Positions 10,185 through 20,155 of a stretch of 64,000 nt of DNA are shown here, in pieces (position 1 is the first letter of the stretch; every line of letters begins with the position of its first letter). The stretch covers positions 10,437-74,436 of the forward strand of contig CACANS010000001.1 in NCBI GenBank assembly GCA_902533945.1, written 5' to 3'. The stretch comes from an uncultured Pelagibacteraceae bacterium (GTDB lineage: Bacteria > Pseudomonadota > Alphaproteobacteria > Pelagibacterales > Pelagibacteraceae). The position numbers and the translations under genes are program-made. The notes beneath the pieces were generated by a model. That model ran no database searches, was not told the DNA's origin, and was given only the letters and a program-made list of their open reading frames with translations.

Positions 10185-10246
10185 TTTTTCTTTAGTTTCC
10201 TTAATTATTAAGTTAGATTTTTAAAAAATATAATTAGGAGGGGAAA

Positions 10247-11806
10247 ATGAAACCTAAAAACTTGCTAAAAATTTTGCTGGCATTTTTATTTGTTTTTGCA
10301 TCATCACAATCTTTTGCAAAAACTATTAAATGGTCCATGCAAGGAGATAGTTTAACACTAGATCCACATGCGCAAAATGAAGGTCCTACTACTCAAGTAT
10401 CAAGACAAATTTACGAAGCTCTTGTTACTAGAGGTTTAGATATGTCTATCGGACCACAACTTGCAACAAAATGGAAAGCAGTAGATCCAAACACTTGGTA
10501 CTTTTATTTAAGAGAAGATGTAAAGTTTTCTAATGGACAAAAGATGACATCAGAAGATGTTGTGTTTAGTATATTGAGAGCAAAACAACCTACATCAGAT
10601 TTTAAAGAATACATCAGTACTATTTCTGGAGTTAAAGCAATTGACGACTACACAGTTCAAATAAAAACAAGTAAACCAAACCCAATTTTATTAAACCAAT
10701 TGTCAAATATATTCATTATGTCTAAGCAATGGTCGAATGAAAATTTTGCAGTTGTCCCTCAAAACTGGGATGCTGGACAAGAAACTTTTTCAGCAACTAA
10801 TGCAATGGGTACAGGTCCATTTAAAATTACTTTAAGAGAACCAAATACTAAAACAGTTTTCAAAAAGAATGGTAAATGGTGGGGAGATGTTGAACACAAT
10901 ATAACTGAAATACAGTTACTTCCAATTAAGAATGCTGCAACAAGAGTTGCTGCTTTGTTATCTGGAGAAATTGATATAGTTACTGATGCACCTGTTCAAG
11001 ACTTGGCACGTATTACTGCTTCTGCTGGACACAAAGTAGAAAGCACACCACAGATGCGTACAATTTTTCTTGGAATGGACCAGGCTGCTGACAAATTAAG
11101 ATCAGGCAATACAGGAGACAATCCATTTAAGAAAAAAGAGGTAAGACAAGCTCTTTACCAAGCAATTGATATTGAAGCTATCAAGAAAAAAGTTATGAGA
11201 GGTTTAAGTGAACCTGCGGGAATTATAACTTTCCCAGGTGTAACTGGTTACACTAAGGCACTTGATAAAAGATTACCTTACGATGTTGATGCTGCAAAAA
11301 AACTATTAGCGGATGCAGGTTATCCAAATGGTTTTGACGTTGAACTAAGATGTCCGAATGACAGATATGTAAACGACGAAGCAATTTGTACAGCTGTTGT
11401 TGGAATGTTAGGAAAAATAGGTGTTAATGTAAATTTATTTGCTCAAACTAAAAGTAAACACTTTAAAGAACTAAAAGATGACCAAGGTGATTTTTATATG
11501 CTTGGTTGGGGTGTTCCTACTTTAGACAGTCACTACGTATTCCACTATCTATATGAATCTGGCGCAAGCTGGAACAAAGTTAACTTCAGCGATGCTGATG
11601 TTGATGCCGCAATTAGAGTAATGGAAGGTGAAGTTGATCTGGATAAAAGAAATGCTGCAATAGCTAAAGCTTGGAAAATAGTAAGAGATAACATTGCTTA
11701 TCTACCTTTACACCACCAAGTAATTTCTTGGGCATCAAAGACAAATGTTAATGTACCTATAAGACCGAATAATGAACCATTATTCCGTTTTTCTAGTGTA
11801 AATTAA
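10247..11806 (+). CDS. Dpp/Opp-family ABC transporter substrate-binding protein
   Basis: Signal peptide, TLDPH, IYEALV, GTGPF, family-5 SBP motifs; strong SD GGAGG. Confidence 0.9.
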   Translation: MKPKNLLKILLAFLFVFASSQSFAKTIKWSMQGDSLTLDPHAQNEGPTTQVSRQIYEALVTRGLDMSIGPQLATKWKAVDPNTWYFYLREDVKFSNGQKMTSEDVVFSILRAKQPTSDFKEYISTISGVKAIDDYTVQIKTSKPNPILLNQLSNIFIMSKQWSNENFAVVPQNWDAGQETFSATNAMGTGPFKITLREPNTKTVFKKNGKWWGDVEHNITEIQLLPIKNAATRVAALLSGEIDIVTDAPVQDLARITASAGHKVESTPQMRTIFLGMDQAADKLRSGNTGDNPFKKKEVRQALYQAIDIEAIKKKVMRGLSEPAGIITFPGVTGYTKALDKRLPYDVDAAKKLLADAGYPNGFDVELRCPNDRYVNDEAICTAVVGMLGKIGVNVNLFAQTKSKHFKELKDDQGDFYMLGWGVPTLDSHYVFHYLYESGASWNKVNFSDADVDAAIRVMEGEVDLDKRNAAIAKAWKIVRDNIAYLPLHHQVISWASKTNVNVPIRPNNEPLFRFSSVN

Positions 11807-11815
11807 ATTAATTTT

Positions 11816-11847
11816 TTACAAGCCCTTTTTTAAAAAAGGGCTTGTAA
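11816..11847. terminator. Intercistronic hairpin after the SBP gene (attenuator or mRNA stabiliser)
   Basis: Perfect 32-bp palindrome TTACAAGCCCTTTTTTAAAAAAGGGCTTGTAA. Confidence 0.75.
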
Positions 11848-11863
11848 CTTAAGATTTCATAAA

Positions 11864-12847
11864 TTGATAAAGTATTTTTTTAAACGTCTGTTTCAATCAG
11901 TCATGGTGATGCTGATTGTTGCTTTTGTTTCTTTTTCATTATTTAATTTTGTTGGTGATCCAATTAACAACATGGTTGGAGAAGAAACCTCTGATGAAGA
12001 AAGAGCAGAACTTAGAGAAACTTTAGGATTAATGGATCCAATATATGTTCAATTTTCAAGATTTGTAGTTAATGCTTCAAAAGGAGAGTTTGGAATTTCT
12101 TATCAATTAAGAAGACCAGTTTCAGAATTAATTACTGAAAGATTGCCAGCTACTATAGAGTTAGTTTTAATTTCAGCATTAATTGCACTTGTTTCAGGAA
12201 CATTGTTAGGAGTTTATACAGGAATAAATCGTAAAGGATTTTTGAGTGACATCATATTGGCAATCTCATTACTCGGAGTTTCACTCCCCACTTTTGTAAT
12301 TGGTATATTATTTATTTATCTTTTTGCCGTAATTTTAGGGGTATTACCTTCTTTTGGAAGAGGTGAAGTTGTTGATATTGGATTTTGGTCAACTGGTTTT
12401 TTAACAATATCTGGATTAAAAGCTATAATTCTTCCTTCTGTCACTCTCAGTCTTTTTCAAATGACTTACATCATTAGACTTGTCAGAGCAGAAATGATGG
12501 AAATATTACAAACTGACTATATTAAATTTGCAAGAGCTAGAGGAATAAGTGAAAAAAGCATTCATTATAAACATGCATTAAAAAATGGCTTAATACCTGT
12601 AATTACAATTGCAGGAATAAATATTGGTACACTAATTGCATTCTCAATAATTACAGAAACAGTATTTCAATGGCCTGGTATGGGATTTTTATTCATTCAA
12701 GCTGTTCAGTTCGTAGATATACCAATTATGTCTGCTTACTTAGTCTTTATCGCATTTGTTTTTGTCATGATAAATTTCATAGTAGATATTTTATACTATT
12801 TTATTGACCCAAGAATTAGAGTTAAAGCGGAGGCAGTAAGTGGATAG
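11864..12847 (+). CDS. Peptide ABC transporter permease (DppB-like)
   Basis: RLPATIEL, DYIKFARARG EAA loop, ETVFQWPGMG, IDPRIR. Confidence 0.9.
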   Translation: MIKYFFKRLFQSVMVMLIVAFVSFSLFNFVGDPINNMVGEETSDEERAELRETLGLMDPIYVQFSRFVVNASKGEFGISYQLRRPVSELITERLPATIELVLISALIALVSGTLLGVYTGINRKGFLSDIILAISLLGVSLPTFVIGILFIYLFAVILGVLPSFGRGEVVDIGFWSTGFLTISGLKAIILPSVTLSLFQMTYIIRLVRAEMMEILQTDYIKFARARGISEKSIHYKHALKNGLIPVITIAGINIGTLIAFSIITETVFQWPGMGFLFIQAVQFVDIPIMSAYLVFIAFVFVMINFIVDILYYFIDPRIRVKAEAVSG

Positions 12848-13766
12848 TAAAAATTTAACATTATTTAATAGAATTAAAGATAGTGATATTTACTTTAGCT
12901 TTATTAAATCGCCAACTGCCATAGTATCAACTGTTATATTAATAATAATTTTCTTTTGTTCTTTTTTTGTTGAATTAGTAACTCCGTATAATCCATTTGA
13001 TCCATCTTCTTTATCTTTAATGGATGCATTTACGCCACCTTCATGGACAGAAGATGGTCTTGCTAAATTTATTTTAGGAACTGATGGCCAAGGCAGAGAT
13101 ATGTTGGCAACAATTCTTTATGGCTCACGGATTTCTTTAATTGTAGGTTTTTCAGCAGTTATATTTGCTTTGGTACTAGGAGTATCACTGGGATTAACAG
13201 CAGGATACTTCGGAGGAAAATACGAAATGATTATCATGAGATTCACTGATGTGCAATTAACTGTACCAAGTATTTTAATGGCTCTTCTAGTAGACGGAAT
13301 TGCACGTGGAATTATTTCTAGAGAGCTACATGATGAAATGGCAATTTATGTATTAATTTTTGCAATAGGAATTTCAGAGTGGCCACAGTTTGCAAGAGTA
13401 TCCAGAGCTGCCACTTTAGTTGAAAAAAATAAAGATTATGTTTCTGCCTCAACAATTATTGGAGTTTCAAATTTAATTATTATGTTTAAACATATTTTAC
13501 CAAATATAATGAGACCAGTTCTTGTAATTGGAACAATAGGACTTGCGCTTGCAATAATAGCTGAAGCGACACTAAGTTTTTTAGGAGTAGGTGTTCCACC
13601 GACAACACCTTCTTTAGGAACATTAATTAGACTTGGTAATGATTTTTTATTTTCTGGTGAATGGTGGATAACATTTTTTCCAGCAATTTTTTTAGTTATT
13701 TTAGCGTTTTCAATTAATCTATTAGGAGATTGGATGAGAGATACACTTAATCCAAAATTAAATTAA
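12840..13766 (+). CDS. Peptide ABC transporter permease (DppC-like)
   Basis: LGTDGQGRD, HILPN, EATLSFLGVG. Confidence 0.9.
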   Translation: MDSKNLTLFNRIKDSDIYFSFIKSPTAIVSTVILIIIFFCSFFVELVTPYNPFDPSSLSLMDAFTPPSWTEDGLAKFILGTDGQGRDMLATILYGSRISLIVGFSAVIFALVLGVSLGLTAGYFGGKYEMIIMRFTDVQLTVPSILMALLVDGIARGIISRELHDEMAIYVLIFAIGISEWPQFARVSRAATLVEKNKDYVSASTIIGVSNLIIMFKHILPNIMRPVLVIGTIGLALAIIAEATLSFLGVGVPPTTPSLGTLIRLGNDFLFSGEWWITFFPAIFLVILAFSINLLGDWMRDTLNPKLN

Positions 13767-15448
13767 TGAGTTTTTTAAAAATACAAAATTTAAGTGTTGA
13801 TTATAAAATGAGAAGAGAAACTGTCAATGCAGCTAAAAAAGTTAATATAGAAGTTAGTAAGGGAGAAATTTTAGGATTAGTTGGTGAATCTGGATCAGGC
13901 AAAAGTACAGTTGGTAACGCAATCATAAATCTTATTGATGAACCAGGAAAAGTATCTGGTGGATCAATAATACTAGATGGAACGGATATTTATGAAAATC
14001 CTGAAAATATTCTTAAACTGAGAGGAAAAAAAATAGGTTTGATTTTTCAAGATCCTCAAACATCTCTTAACCCTATACTTACAATAGGAGAACAATTAAT
14101 TGAAACAATTCAAACTCATTTAAACTTAAGTACAGAAGAAGCAAAAAATAAAGCTATTAAATTGTTACAAGAAGTTGGTATTAAAGATGCTGAAACTAGA
14201 TTTAATAATTATCCTCATCAATTTTCAGGTGGGATGAGACAAAGAGTTGTTATCTCTTTAGCCCTTTGTTGTGAACCCGAGCTTTTAATTGCTGACGAAC
14301 CAACTACTGCGTTAGATGTTTCAATACAATCACAAATTTTAGATTTAATTAAAAGACTAACTAAAGAGAGAAATTTAGCAGTAATATTAATTACCCATGA
14401 TATGGGTGTCATCTCAGAAACAACAAACAGAGTAGCAGTAATGAAAAATGGAAATCTTGTGGAAATAGGACCTACAAAAGAAATATTAACTAAACCTAAA
14501 GAAATTTATACAAAAGCACTTGTAAGTTCGGTTCCTCCTACAAATAAAAAAATTAATAGATTCAAAATTATTGAAAAGGAAAATAAAAATCAGGGCGAAA
14601 CCAATATAAAAATTTTAAACAGATGGACAAAAAAAGAAATAGTTGATCAGGACTTAATTAAAGTCAAAAATTTAAGCAAAACATTTGACGATAGTTTTTT
14701 TATAGAAAGCACTAAAAATTCTGTAATGGCTGTAGATGATGTATCATTTAATATAAAAGAAGGAGAGTCATTCGGATTAGTTGGTGAAAGCGGCAGTGGA
14801 AAATCAACAATAGCAAAAATGATTGTTAATTTATATAGCCCAAGCACCGGTGATATTGATTTTGATAATGTTTGTATAACAAAAATTAAAAGTAATAAAG
14901 AAATGATGAAATTTAGAAAACAAATTCAAATGATATTTCAAGACCCTTATTCATCATTAAATGGAAGATTAAAAGTTAAAGATATAGTTTCAGAACCTAT
15001 AAAGCTTCACAACCCTTCAATTAGTTCTAATGATTTGGACAGTTATATTTATGATTTATTAGAATCTGTTGAACTAACCCAACAATCTGCAGAACGTTAT
15101 CCTCATGAATTTTCAGGAGGTCAAAGACAAAGAATATCAATCGCAAGAGCTCTTGCAACGCAACCAAGATTATTAGTATGTGACGAACCAACTTCTGCTC
15201 TAGATGTGAGTATTCAAGCGCAAATATTAAATTTATTGAAAGATTTACAAGAACAATTAAATTTGACAATCTTATTCATTAGTCATGATTTACCAGTGGT
15301 AAGACAAATGTGTGATCGAATAGCAGTATTAAAAAACGGAAAGCTTTGTGAAATTTCAAAAACTGAAGAGCTATTTAAAAATCCATCGCATCAGTACACA
15401 AAAGAATTATTAACATTAATGCCAAAAATAGAGTCGATTTATAACTAA
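13766..15448 (+). CDS. Fused double ABC ATPase (DppD/F)
   Basis: Two GESGSGKS Walker A and two FSGG signature motifs. Confidence 0.9.
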   Translation: MSFLKIQNLSVDYKMRRETVNAAKKVNIEVSKGEILGLVGESGSGKSTVGNAIINLIDEPGKVSGGSIILDGTDIYENPENILKLRGKKIGLIFQDPQTSLNPILTIGEQLIETIQTHLNLSTEEAKNKAIKLLQEVGIKDAETRFNNYPHQFSGGMRQRVVISLALCCEPELLIADEPTTALDVSIQSQILDLIKRLTKERNLAVILITHDMGVISETTNRVAVMKNGNLVEIGPTKEILTKPKEIYTKALVSSVPPTNKKINRFKIIEKENKNQGETNIKILNRWTKKEIVDQDLIKVKNLSKTFDDSFFIESTKNSVMAVDDVSFNIKEGESFGLVGESGSGKSTIAKMIVNLYSPSTGDIDFDNVCITKIKSNKEMMKFRKQIQMIFQDPYSSLNGRLKVKDIVSEPIKLHNPSISSNDLDSYIYDLLESVELTQQSAERYPHEFSGGQRQRISIARALATQPRLLVCDEPTSALDVSIQAQILNLLKDLQEQLNLTILFISHDLPVVRQMCDRIAVLKNGKLCEISKTEELFKNPSHQYTKELLTLMPKIESIYN

Positions 15449-15467
15449 TGAAAAAAAAGGAGGAATA

Positions 15468-15860
15468 ATGACAATGTTTAAACCAATTCAAGAAAGTGAA
15501 GCTGAAGGAAAAGTTAAAGAAGTTTTTGACGAGATAAAAAGTGCAAGAAAAATTACAGAAGTTCCAAATTTTTGGAAATATATTGCTAACAGCCCAAAAA
15601 CTTTAGAAAGAACTTGGAATTCAACATCACAAGTTATGAAAGCAGGTGCATTAGATCCTGTAACTAAAGAGCTAATTTATGTTGCAGTTTCAATGACAAA
15701 TAGTTGTGAGTATTGTACTAAATCTCATACAGCTGCTGCAAAGAAAAAAGGTGCAACGGATGAGATGATTAAAGAAATGATTGATGTTATGGGCACAGCC
15801 AATCAGAATAATAAATTAGTAGAAGCTTATGGTGTTGAGGTTGATGAAATATATAAATAA
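15468..15860 (+). CDS. Carboxymuconolactone decarboxylase/AhpD-like protein
   Basis: KELIYVAVSMTNSCEYCTKSH (CxxC..H). Confidence 0.85.
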   Translation: MTMFKPIQESEAEGKVKEVFDEIKSARKITEVPNFWKYIANSPKTLERTWNSTSQVMKAGALDPVTKELIYVAVSMTNSCEYCTKSHTAAAKKKGATDEMIKEMIDVMGTANQNNKLVEAYGVEVDEIYK

Positions 15861-15864
15861 ATAA

Positions 15865-15978
15865 TTAGAAATTAAAATAAACACCAAAAACACAGACTAA
15901 AAAAAAAGCAATACCAATAAATAAAGCAGTTTCTTTTTCATCATTTGTTTGTTGATGGGGTTTATTCTTATTTATCAT
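15865..15978 (-). CDS. Putative 37-aa single-TM small protein (below ORF-track cutoff)
   Basis: Manual translation MINKNKPHQQTNDEKETALFIGIAFFLVCVFGVYFNF. Confidence 0.5.
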   Translation of the reverse strand: MINKNKPHQQTNDEKETALFIGIAFFLVCVFGVYFNF

Positions 15979-16054
15979 TGTCACTATTTAATTTTAATTA
16001 TATTTCATTTGCAATAACTTATTGATCAATCTGAGTTCAACTAAAAATTGTAAA

Positions 16055-16516
16055 TTATTTATTAAGCTGTAAATTCATATAACAAGAATTGGGGTCTTCT
16101 TTGTAATGTGCAAATGGTTTGCAATCTTTAAATCCACATTTTTTGAAAAGTTTTCTGGCTGGTTTAAAAAATTCACCTGACCCCGTTTCAATACTTAATT
16201 TTTTTATTCCTAGTTCAGATGCTTGTTCAATTAAATGATTTATTATTTTTATACCTTTGCTTTTTCCTTTAAATTTATCAGACACTCTTATAGATTTAAA
16301 TTCACCATGAGTATCATTTAGAAATTTTAATGCTCCACAACCCATTAATTCATTACCTTCCCATAAACTCCAAAATTTAATAGTTTGATCTTTTAGACCA
16401 GCAATATCTAATACGTGTGTACTTCCCGCTGGAGAAACAGATCTTAATTCAACAAAATGTTTTTTTAATAATTCGTTTACCTGTGGATCGTCAAAATTTC
16501 CTTCAACAGATTTCAT
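16055..16516 (-). CDS. GNAT family N-acetyltransferase
   Basis: GCGALK, GEFKSIR, ETGS...PARKLFKKCGF...PFAHYKEDPNS. Confidence 0.85.
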   Translation of the reverse strand: MKSVEGNFDDPQVNELLKKHFVELRSVSPAGSTHVLDIAGLKDQTIKFWSLWEGNELMGCGALKFLNDTHGEFKSIRVSDKFKGKSKGIKIINHLIEQASELGIKKLSIETGSGEFFKPARKLFKKCGFKDCKPFAHYKEDPNSCYMNLQLNK

Positions 16517-17568
16517 TTTATAATATTTTCTAATAATTCTAATTGTCCTATTTTAAAGATAATTGCATCATCAACATGATATCCATATTGATTTGAAGAA
16601 TTTTTGAAACGTTTTGGAGGTTCAAATATAGGCTCTAAAGATAACACTACAGTTCCCCAGTGCATACCTAATACCTTTTTACTTTTCAAATCCTGACCAA
16701 TATTAAGTGCTTCTTCAGGATTTGTGTGATAAATCGATTTATCTTTTTGTGGTGACATAGGATAGAAATTATATGCTCCTATATTTATGAAGGTTAAATC
16801 TATAGGACCATATTTTTTTCCCAATTCTTTATAAATATTTCCATATCCCGTGTCACAAGCAAAAAATATTTTTTTATTTTTATATTCAATCAAAAAATTT
16901 CCCCACAAAGTTTTATTTGTGTCCCATAAACTTCTTTTAGACCAATGAACTGCAGGCAAAAAAGTAATTTTTAAATCATTTACTTTTATTTCATCATACC
17001 AATCCATCTCGTTTACATCTGCATATCCATTTCTTTTAAAATACTTTCCTAGTTTAAGAGGGGCTAAAACCTTAGCTTTTTTAAAAGGAAATTTTTGTAT
17101 AGTTCTTGTACTTAGATGATCATAATGATTGTGTGTTAATAAAAATAAATTTACCTCTGGTATTTCCTTAAGATCAATAGCAGGATCAACATATCTTTTT
17201 GGGCCAAATACAAGAGGTCCCATATTTTTTTCAAAAACTGGATCTGTAATTATAGTTGTATCTCCGAGTTTAATTAAAAATGTTGCATGACCTATCCATG
17301 CTACATAATCATTATTTTTATATTTATTTAGATTCCTTAAAACAACATTTTTATTTATTACATGGTCATCAGGGATCTCCATGTTAAGTTTTTTTTTTTC
17401 TTTATTAAATATTTTATAACTCCAGTTAAAAGACATATCTCTTTCAGGAGAACCTTCAGGGTTTCTAAAAGCGCCATTAGGTAAGTGATGATAAGGTTTT
17501 TTTTCCATAGCAAACGAATATTCGTTATAAACAAAAATTATCAGCAAGAAAATAACTAAATTTTTCAT
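16513..17568 (-). CDS. MBL-fold metallo-hydrolase (RomA/NAPE-PLD-like)
   Basis: WIGHAT, THNHYDH, PAVHWS, MHWGT. Confidence 0.85.
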   Translation of the reverse strand: MKNLVIFLLIIFVYNEYSFAMEKKPYHHLPNGAFRNPEGSPERDMSFNWSYKIFNKEKKKLNMEIPDDHVINKNVVLRNLNKYKNNDYVAWIGHATFLIKLGDTTIITDPVFEKNMGPLVFGPKRYVDPAIDLKEIPEVNLFLLTHNHYDHLSTRTIQKFPFKKAKVLAPLKLGKYFKRNGYADVNEMDWYDEIKVNDLKITFLPAVHWSKRSLWDTNKTLWGNFLIEYKNKKIFFACDTGYGNIYKELGKKYGPIDLTFINIGAYNFYPMSPQKDKSIYHTNPEEALNIGQDLKSKKVLGMHWGTVVLSLEPIFEPPKRFKNSSNQYGYHVDDAIIFKIGQLELLENIIK

Positions 17569-17597
17569 TAATATTTTTATACAAAAGTTATTATTTG

Positions 17598-18644
17598 TTA
17601 TTTCAATACTTTTGTAATGTGACCCATTTTCCTTTTTTCTTTAATATCTTTTTTTAAATAATCAAAGAAATACTCATTGTCTACATGCTTTTTTGATCTA
17701 TATTTAATAATATCATTACCTAAAATATTCAACATTTCGGCATTATATATCTTTTTTGTTTCAATTTTTTCTAGACCGCAAACTGCTCTTATATGATTTT
17801 CAAACTGACTTATATTATGAGAATTAATTGTTAAATGCCCAGAATTATGAACTCTTGGAGCAATTTCATTTACATATAGATTGTCATTTTGATCTAAAAA
17901 ATATTCAACACATAAAGTGCCAATATAATTTAATTTTTCTGATATTAATTTTGCCCAATTTAGAGATTGATCCACAATATTTTTATTTATATCTGCAGGA
18001 ATTTTTGAATTTTTTAGAATTTGATCTTCATGGTAATTTTCTATTGGTTCATATATTTCATATCTCTGGTTTCCAAATCTAGTTATAAGTACGGATATTT
18101 CTTTTTTTAATTTAACTAACTTTTCTAAAATATATTCATTTTTAAAATCAATATTAATCGATTTTAAATCATTTAAACTAAAAATCTTAAATTGACCTTT
18201 TCCATCATATCCTAATGTAGAAGTTTTTAAAATACCAGGTAATAGATTTTGATTATTTTCTAAATCTTCTTTTTTTTGGATTGAAACATATTTTGTAGTT
18301 ACAATATTTAAATTACTTAGAAAATCTTTTTCTAATAGGCGATTTTGTAAAATTTTAATTATTTCCGGGTTAGGCAAAACTTTTTTTTGATTGTTCATTA
18401 AATTTAATGAATCAAAAGGAATATTTTCAAATTCAAAAGTGATTACATCAACTAACTCTAAAAATTGTTTTATTTTTTCTATATCACTGTAATCGCTGTA
18501 GATAAATTTATCAGCATAATTTCTGGCAGGTGCGTTTTGATCGTCACAAAATATAATTGTTTTTATATTTAATTTTTTTGCTGCATTTACAAGCATACTA
18601 CCTAGTTGCCCACCTCCGATTATTCCAAGAGTAATGTGCGCCAT
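17598..18644 (-). CDS. purK: N5-carboxyaminoimidazole ribonucleotide synthase
   Basis: GGGQLG, GYDGKGQ, NEIAPRVHNSGH, SQFENHIRA, RKMGH. Confidence 0.95.
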   Translation of the reverse strand: MAHITLGIIGGGQLGSMLVNAAKKLNIKTIIFCDDQNAPARNYADKFIYSDYSDIEKIKQFLELVDVITFEFENIPFDSLNLMNNQKKVLPNPEIIKILQNRLLEKDFLSNLNIVTTKYVSIQKKEDLENNQNLLPGILKTSTLGYDGKGQFKIFSLNDLKSINIDFKNEYILEKLVKLKKEISVLITRFGNQRYEIYEPIENYHEDQILKNSKIPADINKNIVDQSLNWAKLISEKLNYIGTLCVEYFLDQNDNLYVNEIAPRVHNSGHLTINSHNISQFENHIRAVCGLEKIETKKIYNAEMLNILGNDIIKYRSKKHVDNEYFFDYLKKDIKEKRKMGHITKVLK

Positions 18645-18645
18645 T

Positions 18646-19140
18646 TTACCTAGGTTTTAGTTTTACAGATTTTGTTTGTTTTTTTCTCCAAAGATTTAAT
18701 CTTTGTCTTACTTTGGTATCACTTATAGCAATTATTGATGCAGCATATAAAGCTGAATTAATTGCTCCGTCTATTCCTATTGCTACCGTACCTACTGGAA
18801 TGCCTTTTGGCATTTGTGCTATCGATAATAGACTATCAAGACCTTTTAGTTTTTTACTTTCTATTGGAACACCAATAACAGGAATTTTTGTAATCGCTGC
18901 AATCATTCCTGGCAAATGAGCTGAACCACCTGCTCCTGCAATAATAACTGAAATCTTATTTTTTTCTGCATTTTCTGCGAATTTAAACAGTCTTTTAGGA
19001 GTTCTGTGTGCTGATATTATGTTTGTTTCGCTTTTGATTTTTAGAATGTCCAGAACTTTCTTACAGTGTTTCATAGTAGAATAATCAGATTGACTACCCA
19101 TTATAATTGAAACTTTATATGTATTTTTTTTCTGAGACAT
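18646..19140 (-). CDS. purE: N5-CAIR mutase
   Basis: MGSQSD, SAHRTP, AGAGGSAHLPG, QMPKGIPV. Confidence 0.97.
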   Translation of the reverse strand: MSQKKNTYKVSIIMGSQSDYSTMKHCKKVLDILKIKSETNIISAHRTPKRLFKFAENAEKNKISVIIAGAGGSAHLPGMIAAITKIPVIGVPIESKKLKGLDSLLSIAQMPKGIPVGTVAIGIDGAINSALYAASIIAISDTKVRQRLNLWRKKQTKSVKLKPR

Positions 19141-19189
19141 TTGTATCTTTTAATATCAAAAAATTTACTACTAATATATATTTAATCTA

Positions 19190-20155
19190 ATGAAATATAA
19201 GATTGATAATCTTCAGTATTGTAAGTGGACCAGAGAGGTTTTTCAAATAAATAGAGAAGCTAAATTAGATGCAGTTCATGTGACAATTGTTTACCACGAA
19301 GATTATAATGAATTATTGAATAAAATTAAAGAATGGGAGACTTTTTTTAAAGAAAATTCAGATATAATTTTTTTAGGCAAAAGCTTTAAAGATATTGAGA
19401 AAGCAAATAAAGAAAATAAAACAGCTATTTTTTTTGGTTTTCAAAACTGTTCACCAATAGAAGATGATATTAGTTTAGTAGAAAAAGTTCATGAACATGG
19501 ATGTCGATTTATGCAATTGACCTATAATAACCAGTCTTTGTTAGCAACAGGTTGCTATGAAAAATTAGATAGTGGAGTAACAAATTTTGGAAAAGAGGTA
19601 ATTAAAGAAATGAATAGAGTCGGTATTGTTATTGATATGTCTCATTCAGCAGAAAAAAGTACTTATGATGCAATCGAAATTAGTGAAAAGCCAATAGCAA
19701 TTACACATGCAAATCCTTTTTTTTGGCATCAGGCAAAAAGAAACAAATCTGATCAACTTTTAAAAACCTTGTCTGATAATGATGGAATGCTCGGTCTGTC
19801 ACTTTATCCTCATCATTTGAAAGATAACACAAATTGCACCCTTGAAAGTTTCTGCGAAATGACAGCCAGAACGGCCGAACTGATGGGAGTAGAAAAAATT
19901 GGAATCGGATCTGATCTTTGTTTAAACCAACCAGATTCTGTTGTTGAATGGATGAGAAACGGAACATGGGCAAAAAATAAAAATTATGGAGAAGGTTCAA
20001 AAAATAAATCAGGCTTTCCAAAACAACCTAAATGGTTTGAAGATGCGAGAGGATTTAAAAACTTGGAAAATGGCTTAAAAAAAGCTGGTTTCAATGATAA
20101 AGAAATTAATGGAATTTTAGGAAATAACTGGTTTAATTTTTATAAAAAAATTTAA
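19190..20155 (+). CDS. Membrane (renal) dipeptidase family M19-like protein
   Basis: QLTYNNQSLLA.GC.E, DMSH, THAN, IGIGSD, GNNW. Confidence 0.85.
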   Translation: MKYKIDNLQYCKWTREVFQINREAKLDAVHVTIVYHEDYNELLNKIKEWETFFKENSDIIFLGKSFKDIEKANKENKTAIFFGFQNCSPIEDDISLVEKVHEHGCRFMQLTYNNQSLLATGCYEKLDSGVTNFGKEVIKEMNRVGIVIDMSHSAEKSTYDAIEISEKPIAITHANPFFWHQAKRNKSDQLLKTLSDNDGMLGLSLYPHHLKDNTNCTLESFCEMTARTAELMGVEKIGIGSDLCLNQPDSVVEWMRNGTWAKNKNYGEGSKNKSGFPKQPKWFEDARGFKNLENGLKKAGFNDKEINGILGNNWFNFYKKI

